Below are positions 41,766-50,214 of a stretch of DNA of 63,263 nt, in pieces. The position numbers were made by a program, and so were the translations under genes. Source of the DNA: Terriglobia bacterium (lineage in GTDB: Bacteria; Acidobacteriota; Terriglobia; Bryobacterales; Bryobacteraceae); assembly GCA_019242155.1 (NCBI GenBank), contig JAFAWA010000038.1:1-63263 (forward strand). Reading direction: 5' to 3'. The notes under the pieces are model-generated. The model had not been told where the DNA came from and made no database searches. It was given only the letters and a program-made list of their open reading frames with translations. Every line of letters begins with the position of its first letter. Positions within the stretch are counted from its first letter, which is position 1.

Positions 41766-42950
41766 CTATGCCGCATCGTGCAACTGGCCGGTGGAGTGTC
41801 CGAGCCGCGGCTCGCGCCGCATCCTGGCGAGTTTCCTCGCAAGCACGCGATTCCACCACATGAGAAATCCGGTGATTGCGAGCAGCGCAGGGACAATGCC
41901 CATGAGCACCCAGAGACACTTCATCACCAGCCCGAAGTTTCCGAAGTGCAACGCATTAAGCCACACCAGGAAGCTCTCCCCAGCCCTGCGCCTCGTTGCT
42001 AATTGCAGCTTCACGATCTCTCCCGTGATGGGATCAACGTCGACGTTGCTGACGGAGGGGTAATCGCGAATGCCACCGCTCATCAGGGCCACTCGAAGCG
42101 CTCGACGCGGCTCATTTGGAATACTGACGTATTCCAGCCAAGAGCCGGGCACGGCTCTCGAGGCAGTGTCCAGAAGCCGGCTTAGCGGTAAGGGCTGTGC
42201 GCCCGGGTGCAATGGAATGGCGGCGGTTTCGGTCGGCCGCACCGTCGAGACGATCGAGACCAAAGCTTTGGTCTGTTTCGGCCACACGAAATACGCGCCG
42301 CTCGCCGAAAACATCAGCGTGAATAGGAGCGTAAAGAATCCTACGGTGCTGTGGAGGTCGTAGTTGACCCGCTTCCAACTCGCCGACCATCGGATGCTCA
42401 CGGCGCGCATCCAATATTTTTGGCCAGGCCACCACACCACCATGCCGGTCAGGCACAACAGTAAGAGCGCCAGTCCACCCGCGCCGTTTACAATTCTTCC
42501 GGTGGGTCCTGAAAGAAGGTTGATGTGCAGGTCGTCGAGCCACGCGAGAAAATCCTGGTTCAACTCCGGGCCGCGCTTGCCTACAATCGCTCCGGTAAAA
42601 GGATTGACGAAGACGGAACCGCGCTTACCATCGGATTGAATAGAAGCGCGGAAGGTGGATTGGGCGCTATAGGGAAGGCCCAACCCTGTTACCGTGGCGT
42701 TCGGGTAAGCGGCTATGACCGACTCCACAACCTTCTCAGCCGGAATATGGGGACCGCTGCCCGCAACGGTCAGGAGATCTTTAACCTGCCAGTCGCGGAT
42801 TTCCGGAGCAAATACCAGCAAGCTTCCGGTAAGCCCGACCACCACGGCATAGACCGCTGCCGCCAACCCTGCGTAGAGGTGGATCTGAAACAGCCACTCG
42901 CGTGCGGCGAAGGAGCGCGGCTTTTCGTAGATGCGTCGCACAACATTCAT
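41766..42950 (-). CDS. PepSY-associated TM-helix protein (PiuB/FoxB-like membrane protein)
   Basis: REWLFQIHLYAGLAAAVYAVVVGLTGSLLVF, DDLHINLLSG and LNALHFGNFGLVMKCLWVLMGIVPALLAITGFLMWW. The start is either ATG 42950 (MNVVRRIYEK) or the track start 42983. Confidence 0.85.
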   Translation of the reverse strand: MNVVRRIYEKPRSFAAREWLFQIHLYAGLAAAVYAVVVGLTGSLLVFAPEIRDWQVKDLLTVAGSGPHIPAEKVVESVIAAYPNATVTGLGLPYSAQSTFRASIQSDGKRGSVFVNPFTGAIVGKRGPELNQDFLAWLDDLHINLLSGPTGRIVNGAGGLALLLLCLTGMVVWWPGQKYWMRAVSIRWSASWKRVNYDLHSTVGFFTLLFTLMFSASGAYFVWPKQTKALVSIVSTVRPTETAAIPLHPGAQPLPLSRLLDTASRAVPGSWLEYVSIPNEPRRALRVALMSGGIRDYPSVSNVDVDPITGEIVKLQLATRRRAGESFLVWLNALHFGNFGLVMKCLWVLMGIVPALLAITGFLMWWNRVLARKLARMRREPRLGHSTGQLHDAA

Positions 42951-43007
42951 CAATGATGAACCCTCTCCCGAAATCTCAACCATGACCGGCCTCAGAGCAA
43001 TGATTTT

Positions 43008-44198
43008 CTAGCTCCGGGAGATCAACTGGAACTGCTCGACCTTCTCGCCGAGAATTTTTTGCGAATCGACCTCGAGCCACTGTTCGAGGACGTTCGCGTA
43101 GATCCCGCGGAAGTCGATCTTCGCGGGTAGTCCGCCGTCATTGGCGTTGGCGATATCCGGAAGGTCGCCGTGAATGCCCGCGCGGACCTTTCCACCCATG
43201 GCGAATACCAGGCCGGCATCGCCATGATCTGTGCCGCCCTCGCGATTCTCGCCCACCTGCCGTCCGAAATCGGAAAACGTCAATAACTGCACGCGCGAAA
43301 GCCGCCCGGCGGCCTTGAGATGCTCGGCGAAGGAACGCATTCCGCTTGCGAACTCGGAATACAGGACCTTGTGGATGTTTCGCTCGTCGCTATGTGTGTC
43401 AAAGGAGTACGGAGTATCGAAGGAGCCGAGGGTCACATAATACAAGCGCGTGGGAGCGCCGCTTTCAATCATGTTGCCGGCCCACCGTAGCGATTCTCCA
43501 AAAACTGTATTGGGATAGCTGAACCGCGACCCGGTTCCCTTACTCGCCTTGGCAAGTTGCCGTCCCATTTCGGCTAACTCGTTCTCCACCATCCGCAGAT
43601 GATCGAGCTTCGCGGCCGCAGGTGTTGCCGCGGGCGCCTTGGATTCCATTTGCATCAGTACCTTCGGATTGGCGATGGAACAGCTGCGGCCGCTACGGGA
43701 AGAAAGCGTCCGGTTCAGCATGTCCCCGAACTCGATGCCGGCTAATGCCCCGGCCTCCGCGGTCTGATCGAGGTACCGCCCGAGCCAGCCCTCGGCGGGG
43801 GCCTGCTCAGCGGTGCTGCCGGTCTCGAAAATCTCCGGCCCGCGGGTATGAGAGCGCGAAGAATTCGGATATCCGACATTGAGGATCGCGCTACCGTAAC
43901 CCTGATCGATCAGCCACTGGAAATCCGCGAGAGCCGGGTTCAATCCGAGGTCGCGGCCCTGAAGCGGAAGCGTCTCCTTCGAAGAGATCGCGATCGTGGG
44001 CCGTCCTTTGTAGTAGTGATCGTCGCGGATCGGAACGACCGCATTCAGCCCGTCGTTTCCTCCCCGCATCCTAACGATGATTAAAATATTGCCTTCATAA
44101 GACCCGTCGACGGCGAGCGCACTCTGCTGAAAAAACAGCGGAATCGCAGGCGTGAGCGCGCCCCATTGCAGAAAGCGGCGTCGATTGAAGCTGGACAT
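43008..44198 (-). CDS. DUF1501 domain-containing protein (Tat signal), second copy
   Basis: 396 aa with MSSFNRRRFLQWGAL, GGNDGLNAVVPIRDD, SFDTH and GGTDHGDAGLVFAMGGKVRAG. Confidence 0.82.
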   Translation of the reverse strand: MSSFNRRRFLQWGALTPAIPLFFQQSALAVDGSYEGNILIIVRMRGGNDGLNAVVPIRDDHYYKGRPTIAISSKETLPLQGRDLGLNPALADFQWLIDQGYGSAILNVGYPNSSRSHTRGPEIFETGSTAEQAPAEGWLGRYLDQTAEAGALAGIEFGDMLNRTLSSRSGRSCSIANPKVLMQMESKAPAATPAAAKLDHLRMVENELAEMGRQLAKASKGTGSRFSYPNTVFGESLRWAGNMIESGAPTRLYYVTLGSFDTPYSFDTHSDERNIHKVLYSEFASGMRSFAEHLKAAGRLSRVQLLTFSDFGRQVGENREGGTDHGDAGLVFAMGGKVRAGIHGDLPDIANANDGGLPAKIDFRGIYANVLEQWLEVDSQKILGEKVEQFQLISRS

Positions 44199-44227
44199 GT
44201 ATCTTCTCCTGATTCGAACGTTACCTG

Positions 44228-45709
44228 CTAGGCCAACTGATACTCGGGGGTCGCCAGAACCCGGCGCACCATCTCCTGGCTGCGTTTTGCCGGCGGAACT
44301 GCCTTCACGCTCCGTTCCAAAACCGCGGTATCGATGCCCGGGGCCGGATCGAGCCGTCTGAGGATGCTGGGCAACGGCCTATCGAGCGGTTTCGAGACCA
44401 CCGCGGGAGCGGTTGATGGAACCGGCGTCTCCGGAAGTAGACCCCAGGACGTATCTCCGCCGCACAGGGCAGCTCCCAACTGGTATCGCGCCGCCAGCCT
44501 TTCCGGCGGATTGGTCCACTCTTCCTGGCCGGGCCATCCCTCGCCCCCAAAGTTGGGTGCATCGAGCAGCGTCTGTCCGGAAGCGGTCATCCAGGTGTCG
44601 ATCGCAGCAAAGGGCGGATTCGATATTCCCAACTGGCGGCAAACGCCCACCACGAGATGCACCGGACTCTTGACCAGATTCCAGCGGGACGCGGGCGACC
44701 AGAACTCCTGACTCATCACTAAGTCGGCCAGCAGCGCCTCCACCGATCCTTTGGTGGTGTGATACGTCTCGGTCATCTGACCCGCAAGCCGCCCATCCGG
44801 ATCCTCGACGCCGAAATGCCGAATCATGAGCTTGCTGAAACGCCGGGCGGTGAGATCGTGCATTGCGAGGAATCGCACGGCATCGCGTGCTCCAAAATTG
44901 CGCGTGGTCCCGAGAATCGTCTTTGGGCCGTCGTCGAAGAACTCGGGATGAAACACAGGATTCAACCCCATCCGTCGATTAGAAGTAAACGCCTGGGGGT
45001 CGATCGGCTTGGGAGGCTGGACGCCTTCGGACGCCTCCAGCACCCAGCCCGTCAACGCGCGCGCGAGCGCCATTGTGTCCTCTCGTGAGTAATTTCCGGG
45101 CCCGATCGTCCAGTTATCGAACACTCGCGTGGCCGAAAACTCGGGCGGTTTCTCCTTCTTGGCCTCCTCGTAACTTTCCTGCATAATCATGCCGGGGTCG
45201 AGCACCATGGCTTCGACCATGTCCGGGATCGTGCCGAAAACGGCTTTTCGCAATAGTGCGTTGTATCCGTAGAGGGCCTGCGGGCCATCAATCACACGGC
45301 CGGATCCGCCGAAAACTCCGTGGAAGAAGAGGACCAGATTCTCCCGCAGAGGGGCCGTTCCGTTAATCATTTCCTGTAGCCACCACTCGCGCAGCACGGC
45401 CGCGTCGCGGCGGTTCGACTGACTGACCGCGTTTCGCATGGCCGCAATTTGGCTATTGGTCGTATCGGTAAACCGTAACGCTCTGTTGGTCCAGGTCCCT
45501 CGCGCGACGGCGGGCGTTTCCGGCAGGGCAGCCTCCCTGGACGCAGCCACCAGCGACCGGAAGGCGGCCGGAAGCGGTTTTCCTTCGATGGCTCGTTGCT
45601 GAGAGGGAGTGGCGGCGAAAGTGAGCCGACGCAGCAAATGACACGCGTCGGAGCTACCGCGGAGCACAATAGAAGACGGCGAATGGCTCATGTGGCCGAA
45701 TGCTAGCAT
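44228..45709 (-). CDS. DUF1800 domain-containing protein, second copy
   Basis: 493 aa with LLRRLTFAATP, LFFHGVFGG and GPGNYSREDTMALARALTGW. It is followed after 29 nt by DUF1501. An alternative start is ATG 45691. Confidence 0.78.
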   Translation of the reverse strand: MLAFGHMSHSPSSIVLRGSSDACHLLRRLTFAATPSQQRAIEGKPLPAAFRSLVAASREAALPETPAVARGTWTNRALRFTDTTNSQIAAMRNAVSQSNRRDAAVLREWWLQEMINGTAPLRENLVLFFHGVFGGSGRVIDGPQALYGYNALLRKAVFGTIPDMVEAMVLDPGMIMQESYEEAKKEKPPEFSATRVFDNWTIGPGNYSREDTMALARALTGWVLEASEGVQPPKPIDPQAFTSNRRMGLNPVFHPEFFDDGPKTILGTTRNFGARDAVRFLAMHDLTARRFSKLMIRHFGVEDPDGRLAGQMTETYHTTKGSVEALLADLVMSQEFWSPASRWNLVKSPVHLVVGVCRQLGISNPPFAAIDTWMTASGQTLLDAPNFGGEGWPGQEEWTNPPERLAARYQLGAALCGGDTSWGLLPETPVPSTAPAVVSKPLDRPLPSILRRLDPAPGIDTAVLERSVKAVPPAKRSQEMVRRVLATPEYQLA

Positions 45710-45737
45710 GGCCCCAAAAGAAGCAATCCGGCGGCGC

Positions 45738-45790
45738 GGTCAATCGCCGGTCACTAACCGCCGATTCGTGGTCACGCGCGGTCACCGGCG
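45738..45790. promoter_or_regulatory. Phased array of GGTCAC-type hexamers upstream of DUF1800
   Basis: Copies are GGTCAA at 45738, GGTCACTAACCG at 45749-45760, GGTCAC at 45770 and GGTCAC at 45780 (within GCGGTCACCGGCG, 45778-45790). The spacings are 11, 21 and 10 bp. The array fills most of the 96-bp spacer. Confidence 0.5.
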
Positions 45791-45805
45791 TACTAATGCG
45801 TCCGC

Positions 45806-47425
45806 CTACGGCGCTGTGCGGCGGGCTTGCGCCATGGTCATGGTGGCCGCGGGAGTCATGGCGTCGTAATAAGCGTTGAAACGGCGGGGCTCCGGCGCGT
45901 TATAGGACTTCAGATTATTGGCCCAGCGGTAGCCAATCGGCTGATACAGCAGCTCAACGTCTACGGTGAACGGACCCGCGGCATCGCCGAGCGGGACGGA
46001 ATATCGGACGCGGTCGCCGGCATCGGTGAAATTCGGATCGCTTGCGGCCTCACCGATTACGGCGATCTCGGGGCCGGCGGTGCGCTTGTCAAAGCCATGC
46101 GGCAGCAGCCGGTTATCTTTGATGTACCGTACCGCGGTAAGCAGGCCGGTGGTCACTCGACCAGTGGGGTCGGCCATGACCGATTCGTAGATCTGAACCT
46201 GATCGCTCGTGCGGATCTCGCGGTAATGGGGCTCGAAACGGCGCGGATCGGCATCATTATCGTTGCCCTGGATCGATCCGTCGGGATTGAGCGCGCCCGA
46301 TTCGAAGATGATCTTCTGGTTACGGTCGCGGACGGCCAGGTGCAGCCAGGTCCTGCGGGACGGATACGCGCTGGGCAGTTTGTGACCACCGAGGTTTTCG
46401 ACAAAAACATCGGCTTCGAGCCGCCCGCCCGCGACCGCGGCCTTTTCGATCGACAGCTTCACGCCCTGCGCTTGCAGATACCGTATGGTGTAGTCGGCCT
46501 GACCCGATAGCTCTTCGGGCAGCGCGCTTACCCTCAGCTCGTCACGAAAGCGGTTCAGCATCCGAAGCATGAAAAAGTTGGAAGCCACGAAGACGTGGCG
46601 CGCCACGTTCTCCCGGGGCTTGCCGAGCACGCGGGCGATGGGAACGTTCTCTTCGACCGCCGGCATGTGGCAGCTCTGACAGCTCTTCTGATCCTTATAA
46701 CTGCTGTGCAGCCACTCCTCGAAGGGCACCTGTTCCGGCAGTTCGCCGATCACGGCGTCCCCGGCACCGAGGGCCTCGGTATATAGGGTGTGGCAGGTGG
46801 CGCAAAGCTCGGATTTACGGATATGGTCATTCTTCGTCGGGTGGTAGCCTTCCGAAGAGCTTCGCATGATGCGGGTCTGGCCCTTCTCGATATCAAAGGG
46901 TCCGTACTCGGGGCGGTTGTCGGCGGCGTCGGGCGGGTCGATGACGAAGCCTCCGTTGAAGCTCTCGCGAGTGCCCAGCTTCTGTTCTCCGATCTGATGG
47001 CACACCGAGCAAGAGACCCCATCCTCGGCTTTGGCGCCGTTTTTTGGGTCGGCCTCGAAGGGTAAATGCGAGAAGACTTGGCCCTTCGCTCCGCGGAGCT
47101 TGGCCTCATAGCGAACGATGGGCATGTGGCATACGGCGCATTCGTCTTCGATATCGGCTTTGCGGTTGGGATGATCGATGGTCTCGCGCCGCACACTCGC
47201 CTGCCAGTAGGGATCGCGGGAGGAGTTGGCCATGATACTGGCGCGCCAATTGAATCCGATGGAGATGTCTTCGCCGGATGGAGTTTGGAGGCCGTTGTGG
47301 CACACCATGCAGCGATCGGAAGTTTGAAACCGCGGCTGCAACTCCTTCCGCCGCGCGCCGGCGGCAGTTCTTAGAACGGTAAACAGCAGCAGAGCTGTGA
47401 GAGCGGCCGAAACCCTCCGGGTCAT
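45806..47425 (-). CDS. Secreted pentaheme c-type cytochrome with heme-free C-terminal domain
   Basis: 539 aa with signal peptide MTRRVSAALTALLLFTVLRTAAG. It has five CxxCH motifs: CMVCH, CAVCH, CSVCH, CATCH and CQSCH. About 250 aa at the C-terminus carry no heme motif. Its start abuts the stop of the upstream cytochrome-barrel gene (TAAATG). Confidence 0.88.
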   Translation of the reverse strand: MTRRVSAALTALLLFTVLRTAAGARRKELQPRFQTSDRCMVCHNGLQTPSGEDISIGFNWRASIMANSSRDPYWQASVRRETIDHPNRKADIEDECAVCHMPIVRYEAKLRGAKGQVFSHLPFEADPKNGAKAEDGVSCSVCHQIGEQKLGTRESFNGGFVIDPPDAADNRPEYGPFDIEKGQTRIMRSSSEGYHPTKNDHIRKSELCATCHTLYTEALGAGDAVIGELPEQVPFEEWLHSSYKDQKSCQSCHMPAVEENVPIARVLGKPRENVARHVFVASNFFMLRMLNRFRDELRVSALPEELSGQADYTIRYLQAQGVKLSIEKAAVAGGRLEADVFVENLGGHKLPSAYPSRRTWLHLAVRDRNQKIIFESGALNPDGSIQGNDNDADPRRFEPHYREIRTSDQVQIYESVMADPTGRVTTGLLTAVRYIKDNRLLPHGFDKRTAGPEIAVIGEAASDPNFTDAGDRVRYSVPLGDAAGPFTVDVELLYQPIGYRWANNLKSYNAPEPRRFNAYYDAMTPAATMTMAQARRTAP

Positions 47426-48559
47426 TTACCAGCCTTCCTTCAGACTGCCGTCAAACCAGTCCCAGAGTACATAGAAGACTGCCTGGACGGGACGGCCCTG
47501 GGTGTTGGTTACGGGGACGTCGATGCCGAAGTCTGCCCGGACGTGCTGCCGCCTGCTCAAGGTCACCTGGAACTCGGGAAGGATATCGTAACCGGTCTTA
47601 GCGCCGGTGAGAAGGTCGCGCCGGGCCAGGATTTCCAGCATAGGGGTCCACATGCGGCCATCCCCCTGGCCCTGCCGCAGGCCCTTCCCCAGAGACTCCC
47701 GCCAAAACAGAGATTGAGGGGCGGTGCGGGTATTGGCAGACAGGTTTGCGCCCACTTCGCCCTGGAAGAAAAAGTTGTAGGGTAATAGCTGCCCATAGGC
47801 GGCGAAGGTCTCGAACGTGGTCACACCCGCGCCCGTGCCTCTCCTCGGACTGCCTGTGGGCGCTATTACGGTGCCGTCGATGCTGAAAATCGAGCCGGTG
47901 CGGTTATTGAGCCCGAGCACCCGCAGCCAGCCCAGCCCGATGTCTCCAATCCCACCCAGCCAGCGCCCGGTGCTGTGTGTGAACGCGACCGGGACGGTCG
48001 CATCGATCTCGTTTTTGACGCCCACGCGATGCTCGTACTCGATTTCGTTGTTCACTCCCGGCGCGCCGTGGGCATTGAGCGTCGTAGTGCTGATGACCTC
48101 GTCTTCGGGGAATGCCTTGTCCACCATCAGGGGCCTTGGCAGATTTAGTTCGCCTCGCGGCCATTCGGGCTCGCGGCAGAGAGTTCGCAAGTAGCCGATC
48201 ACGAGGTCGATCTGCTCGGAAGTGAGTGCCTCGCTGAAAGACGGCATTATCGGGGAGAAGCCGCGCCCGGGGCCGCCGCGGCGGATCGTGGCTTTCCAGT
48301 CGGCATCGAGTTCCGGCGTGGTTCCGGAGCAATCGGAGAAATCGGGGAACGTAGCGGGTTTTTTGAAGACCAGCGTCGTATCCGGCTGTCCCTTGCCGTC
48401 CGGCCCATGGCAAGCGACGCAGGCCGCCAGATAGATACTCTTACCCGAGCCGAGATCCAGTTCGCCGGTCTGGCTGTTCTGCGGGAGAAGCACGGCGGGG
48501 TAAGTGAGCAGAAGCAGAACCGCAATTACGAGCGGCGGAAGTCCCAGCGGTGTTTTCAC
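47426..48559 (-). CDS. Monoheme class-I cytochrome c domain fused to a predicted outer-membrane beta-barrel domain (Cyc2-like architecture)
   Basis: The track ORF extends to 48706. GTG 48559 gives a signal-peptide-like start (V)KTPLGLPPLVIAVLLLLTYPAVLLPQ. The cytochrome region is GKSIYLAACVACHGPDGKG...IMPSFSEALT. About 230 aa of alternating hydrophobic pattern follow, ending ...VLWDWFDGSLKEGW with a terminal aromatic residue as in OMPs. Confidence 0.7.
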   Translation of the reverse strand: MKTPLGLPPLVIAVLLLLTYPAVLLPQNSQTGELDLGSGKSIYLAACVACHGPDGKGQPDTTLVFKKPATFPDFSDCSGTTPELDADWKATIRRGGPGRGFSPIMPSFSEALTSEQIDLVIGYLRTLCREPEWPRGELNLPRPLMVDKAFPEDEVISTTTLNAHGAPGVNNEIEYEHRVGVKNEIDATVPVAFTHSTGRWLGGIGDIGLGWLRVLGLNNRTGSIFSIDGTVIAPTGSPRRGTGAGVTTFETFAAYGQLLPYNFFFQGEVGANLSANTRTAPQSLFWRESLGKGLRQGQGDGRMWTPMLEILARRDLLTGAKTGYDILPEFQVTLSRRQHVRADFGIDVPVTNTQGRPVQAVFYVLWDWFDGSLKEGW

Positions 48560-48700
48560 TGAGTCAAGAAAAGAACGGTGGGCCGTCCTTTCCGAGGGCC
48601 TGGAGTTGAGGGAAGTATGATTGGGGTCGTAGACCAATTCCAATGATATATTTTCTGAGGCAAAGCTGAAGCCGGCAGTTCTCGCCACCCAACGCCTGGC

Positions 48701-48737
48701 GGTCACAGTTAGTCAGTAACCGGATGTAACGAGTCAC
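48701..48737. promoter_or_regulatory. Phased GGTCAC-type hexamers upstream of the cytochrome operon
   Basis: Copies are GGTCAC at 48701, AGTCAGTAACCG at 48711-48722 and AGTCAC at 48732, with spacings of 10 and 21 bp. The middle element matches the 12-mer at 45749 and 60685 in 10/12 positions. Confidence 0.45.
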
Positions 48738-48927
48738 GGGAGCTTTTTGCAGTAACTTACAGGATTCGGTGGCGGAACAGAGGGACGGACGTTCCGAAGG
48801 AAAGGGTCGCTTGCGTACACCGGGCGCCTGCCAAACCGCGTCTCGGTGTTAGCTTAGGCATGTCGGCGTTGCGCAATTCGGCCGGGGGTCTTGTCTCAAA
48901 TCGGTCGCGTATTGAGGGAACTTACAC

Positions 48928-50094
48928 ATGCAACTCAAATCGATACTGCTTCTTCTGCCTGTGGCATTGGCTGCCTCGGGGCAAGCACTTAAAGTGGAGA
49001 TGCTCGCCAATCCATCGGGCGCGGAGAGTCTTCAAGCGCATTGGGGCACCGCTTCCGATGAGAGCCCCCTGTTAAGCTGGCTTGAAAAATCGAAGGACGG
49101 CTCGCTTTCGCTGCGCTATGCGGTTCGGCGGGGCGCTCAGTGGTCTGAGCCGCGCGTGATTGTTGCCAATCGCCAGTTCTTCCGCCAACCCGCCGAAGCA
49201 CCGTCCGTGATCTCCTTCCGCAACGGCTCGTTACTGGCGGAATGGGTCGAGGTGCCTCCGGGATCGGGAGAGGCTGAAAATCTATATGTCTCGAGCTCCA
49301 AGGATGGAACGCAATGGACGGCTCCGGTAATGGCCCATCGGGACAGGAGTCCCGTTCAGCATGCGTTGGCCTCCTTTACGGCGAGCGGCGACAATGAAGG
49401 GTCCGTTGTTTGGTTGGAAGCCTTGAAAGGCGAAGATGCGCCGTCCGCGCTGAAAAGGACTCTCGTCAATGGTGACGGCGCAGTGGTCAAAGAGGAGACT
49501 CTGGACTCCGACGTTTGCACCTGCTGCCCGACGAGTATAGTGAAGACCGCGAAGGGGCTGCTGGTCGCCTACCGTGACCATACCTCGAAGGATATTCGTG
49601 ATATCGCGGTCGTTCGTCTGGAAAACGGCCGCTGGCTGCCTTCGCGAATCGTGAACCCGGATAATTGGGAGATCAATGCATGCCCGGTGAACGGACCGGC
49701 GGCGGCGGCCAACAACAATCGTGTGGCGATCGCATGGTACACGGAAGCGCAAGACAGCCCGCGCACGCTGCTTGCCTTTTCCAGCGATGGCGGGGCGAGT
49801 TTCTCGAAGCCGATCAAGATCAGCACCGGCAACTCCTTCGGCCATACTTCAGTGACACTCGCTGATAATGGCGATGCGATGGTTTCGTGGCTCGAAGAGG
49901 GCTCTGGGGACCGCGTGCGGCTGCTCGCGCGTCAGGTGACGAATGCGGGTGTTGCCGGCCCGGTGGTCGAGGTCGCACAGGACGCGCAGAGGAGTATCGG
50001 ATACCCCAGATTGCTGCAGGTGCGCAACGAAACCTGGATTGCTTGGGGCAATTCGGGCAGCACCAAGATCCACACCGCCCGAATAGTGAAGTAG
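48928..50094 (+). CDS. Secreted BNR-repeat (sialidase-like beta-propeller) protein
   Basis: 388 aa with signal peptide MQLKSILLLLPVALAASG. BNR/Asp-box motifs are SSSKDGTQWT and FSSDGGASFS. Confidence 0.75.
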   Translation: MQLKSILLLLPVALAASGQALKVEMLANPSGAESLQAHWGTASDESPLLSWLEKSKDGSLSLRYAVRRGAQWSEPRVIVANRQFFRQPAEAPSVISFRNGSLLAEWVEVPPGSGEAENLYVSSSKDGTQWTAPVMAHRDRSPVQHALASFTASGDNEGSVVWLEALKGEDAPSALKRTLVNGDGAVVKEETLDSDVCTCCPTSIVKTAKGLLVAYRDHTSKDIRDIAVVRLENGRWLPSRIVNPDNWEINACPVNGPAAAANNNRVAIAWYTEAQDSPRTLLAFSSDGGASFSKPIKISTGNSFGHTSVTLADNGDAMVSWLEEGSGDRVRLLARQVTNAGVAGPVVEVAQDAQRSIGYPRLLQVRNETWIAWGNSGSTKIHTARIVK

Positions 50095-50187
50095 GGCGCC
50101 CCGATCGGCATACACCGCGCGCTTTCCATAGTGAGCCGCAGCGGTTAAAGAGACATTTCAGTGCGATCTGCACCTGCCGCGGCGCGC

Positions 50188-50214
50188 GTGACCGTGCGTA
50201 ACCCGGGAGTGACC
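50188..50214. promoter_or_regulatory. GTGACC-GTAACC-GTGACC phased triplet upstream of the PepSY gene
   Basis: Copies are GTGACC at 50188, GTAACC at 50198 and GTGACC at 50209, with spacings of 10 and 11 bp. They sit in the 278-bp spacer and are the reverse complement of the GGTCAC arrays. Confidence 0.4.

Noticed and set aside
41680-41919. 80-codon N-terminal extension of the TonB-dependent receptor ORF. Similar extensions occur at 34437-34544, 52541-52612, 58940-59008, 60178-60240 and 61663-61755.
   Set aside because: In each case an internal start gives a canonical signal peptide or conserved N-terminus and removes overlap with the neighbouring gene. The extensions are Arg/His/Cys-rich and unlike real leader sequences.
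39247-43007. A Fur box upstream of the TBDR, the PepSY gene or bfr.
   Set aside because: I looked for GATAATGATAATCATTATC-like 19-mers in the spacers at 41680-41765, 42951-43007 and 10440-10491 and saw nothing close. Iron regulation may use a different regulator, so no call is made.
47426-48706. Calling the cytochrome-barrel fusion an orthologue of Cyc2 and the organism an iron oxidiser.
   Set aside because: Only the architecture is similar. I cannot establish sequence homology by eye, and the heme module is larger than in Cyc2. It is reported as Cyc2-like architecture only.
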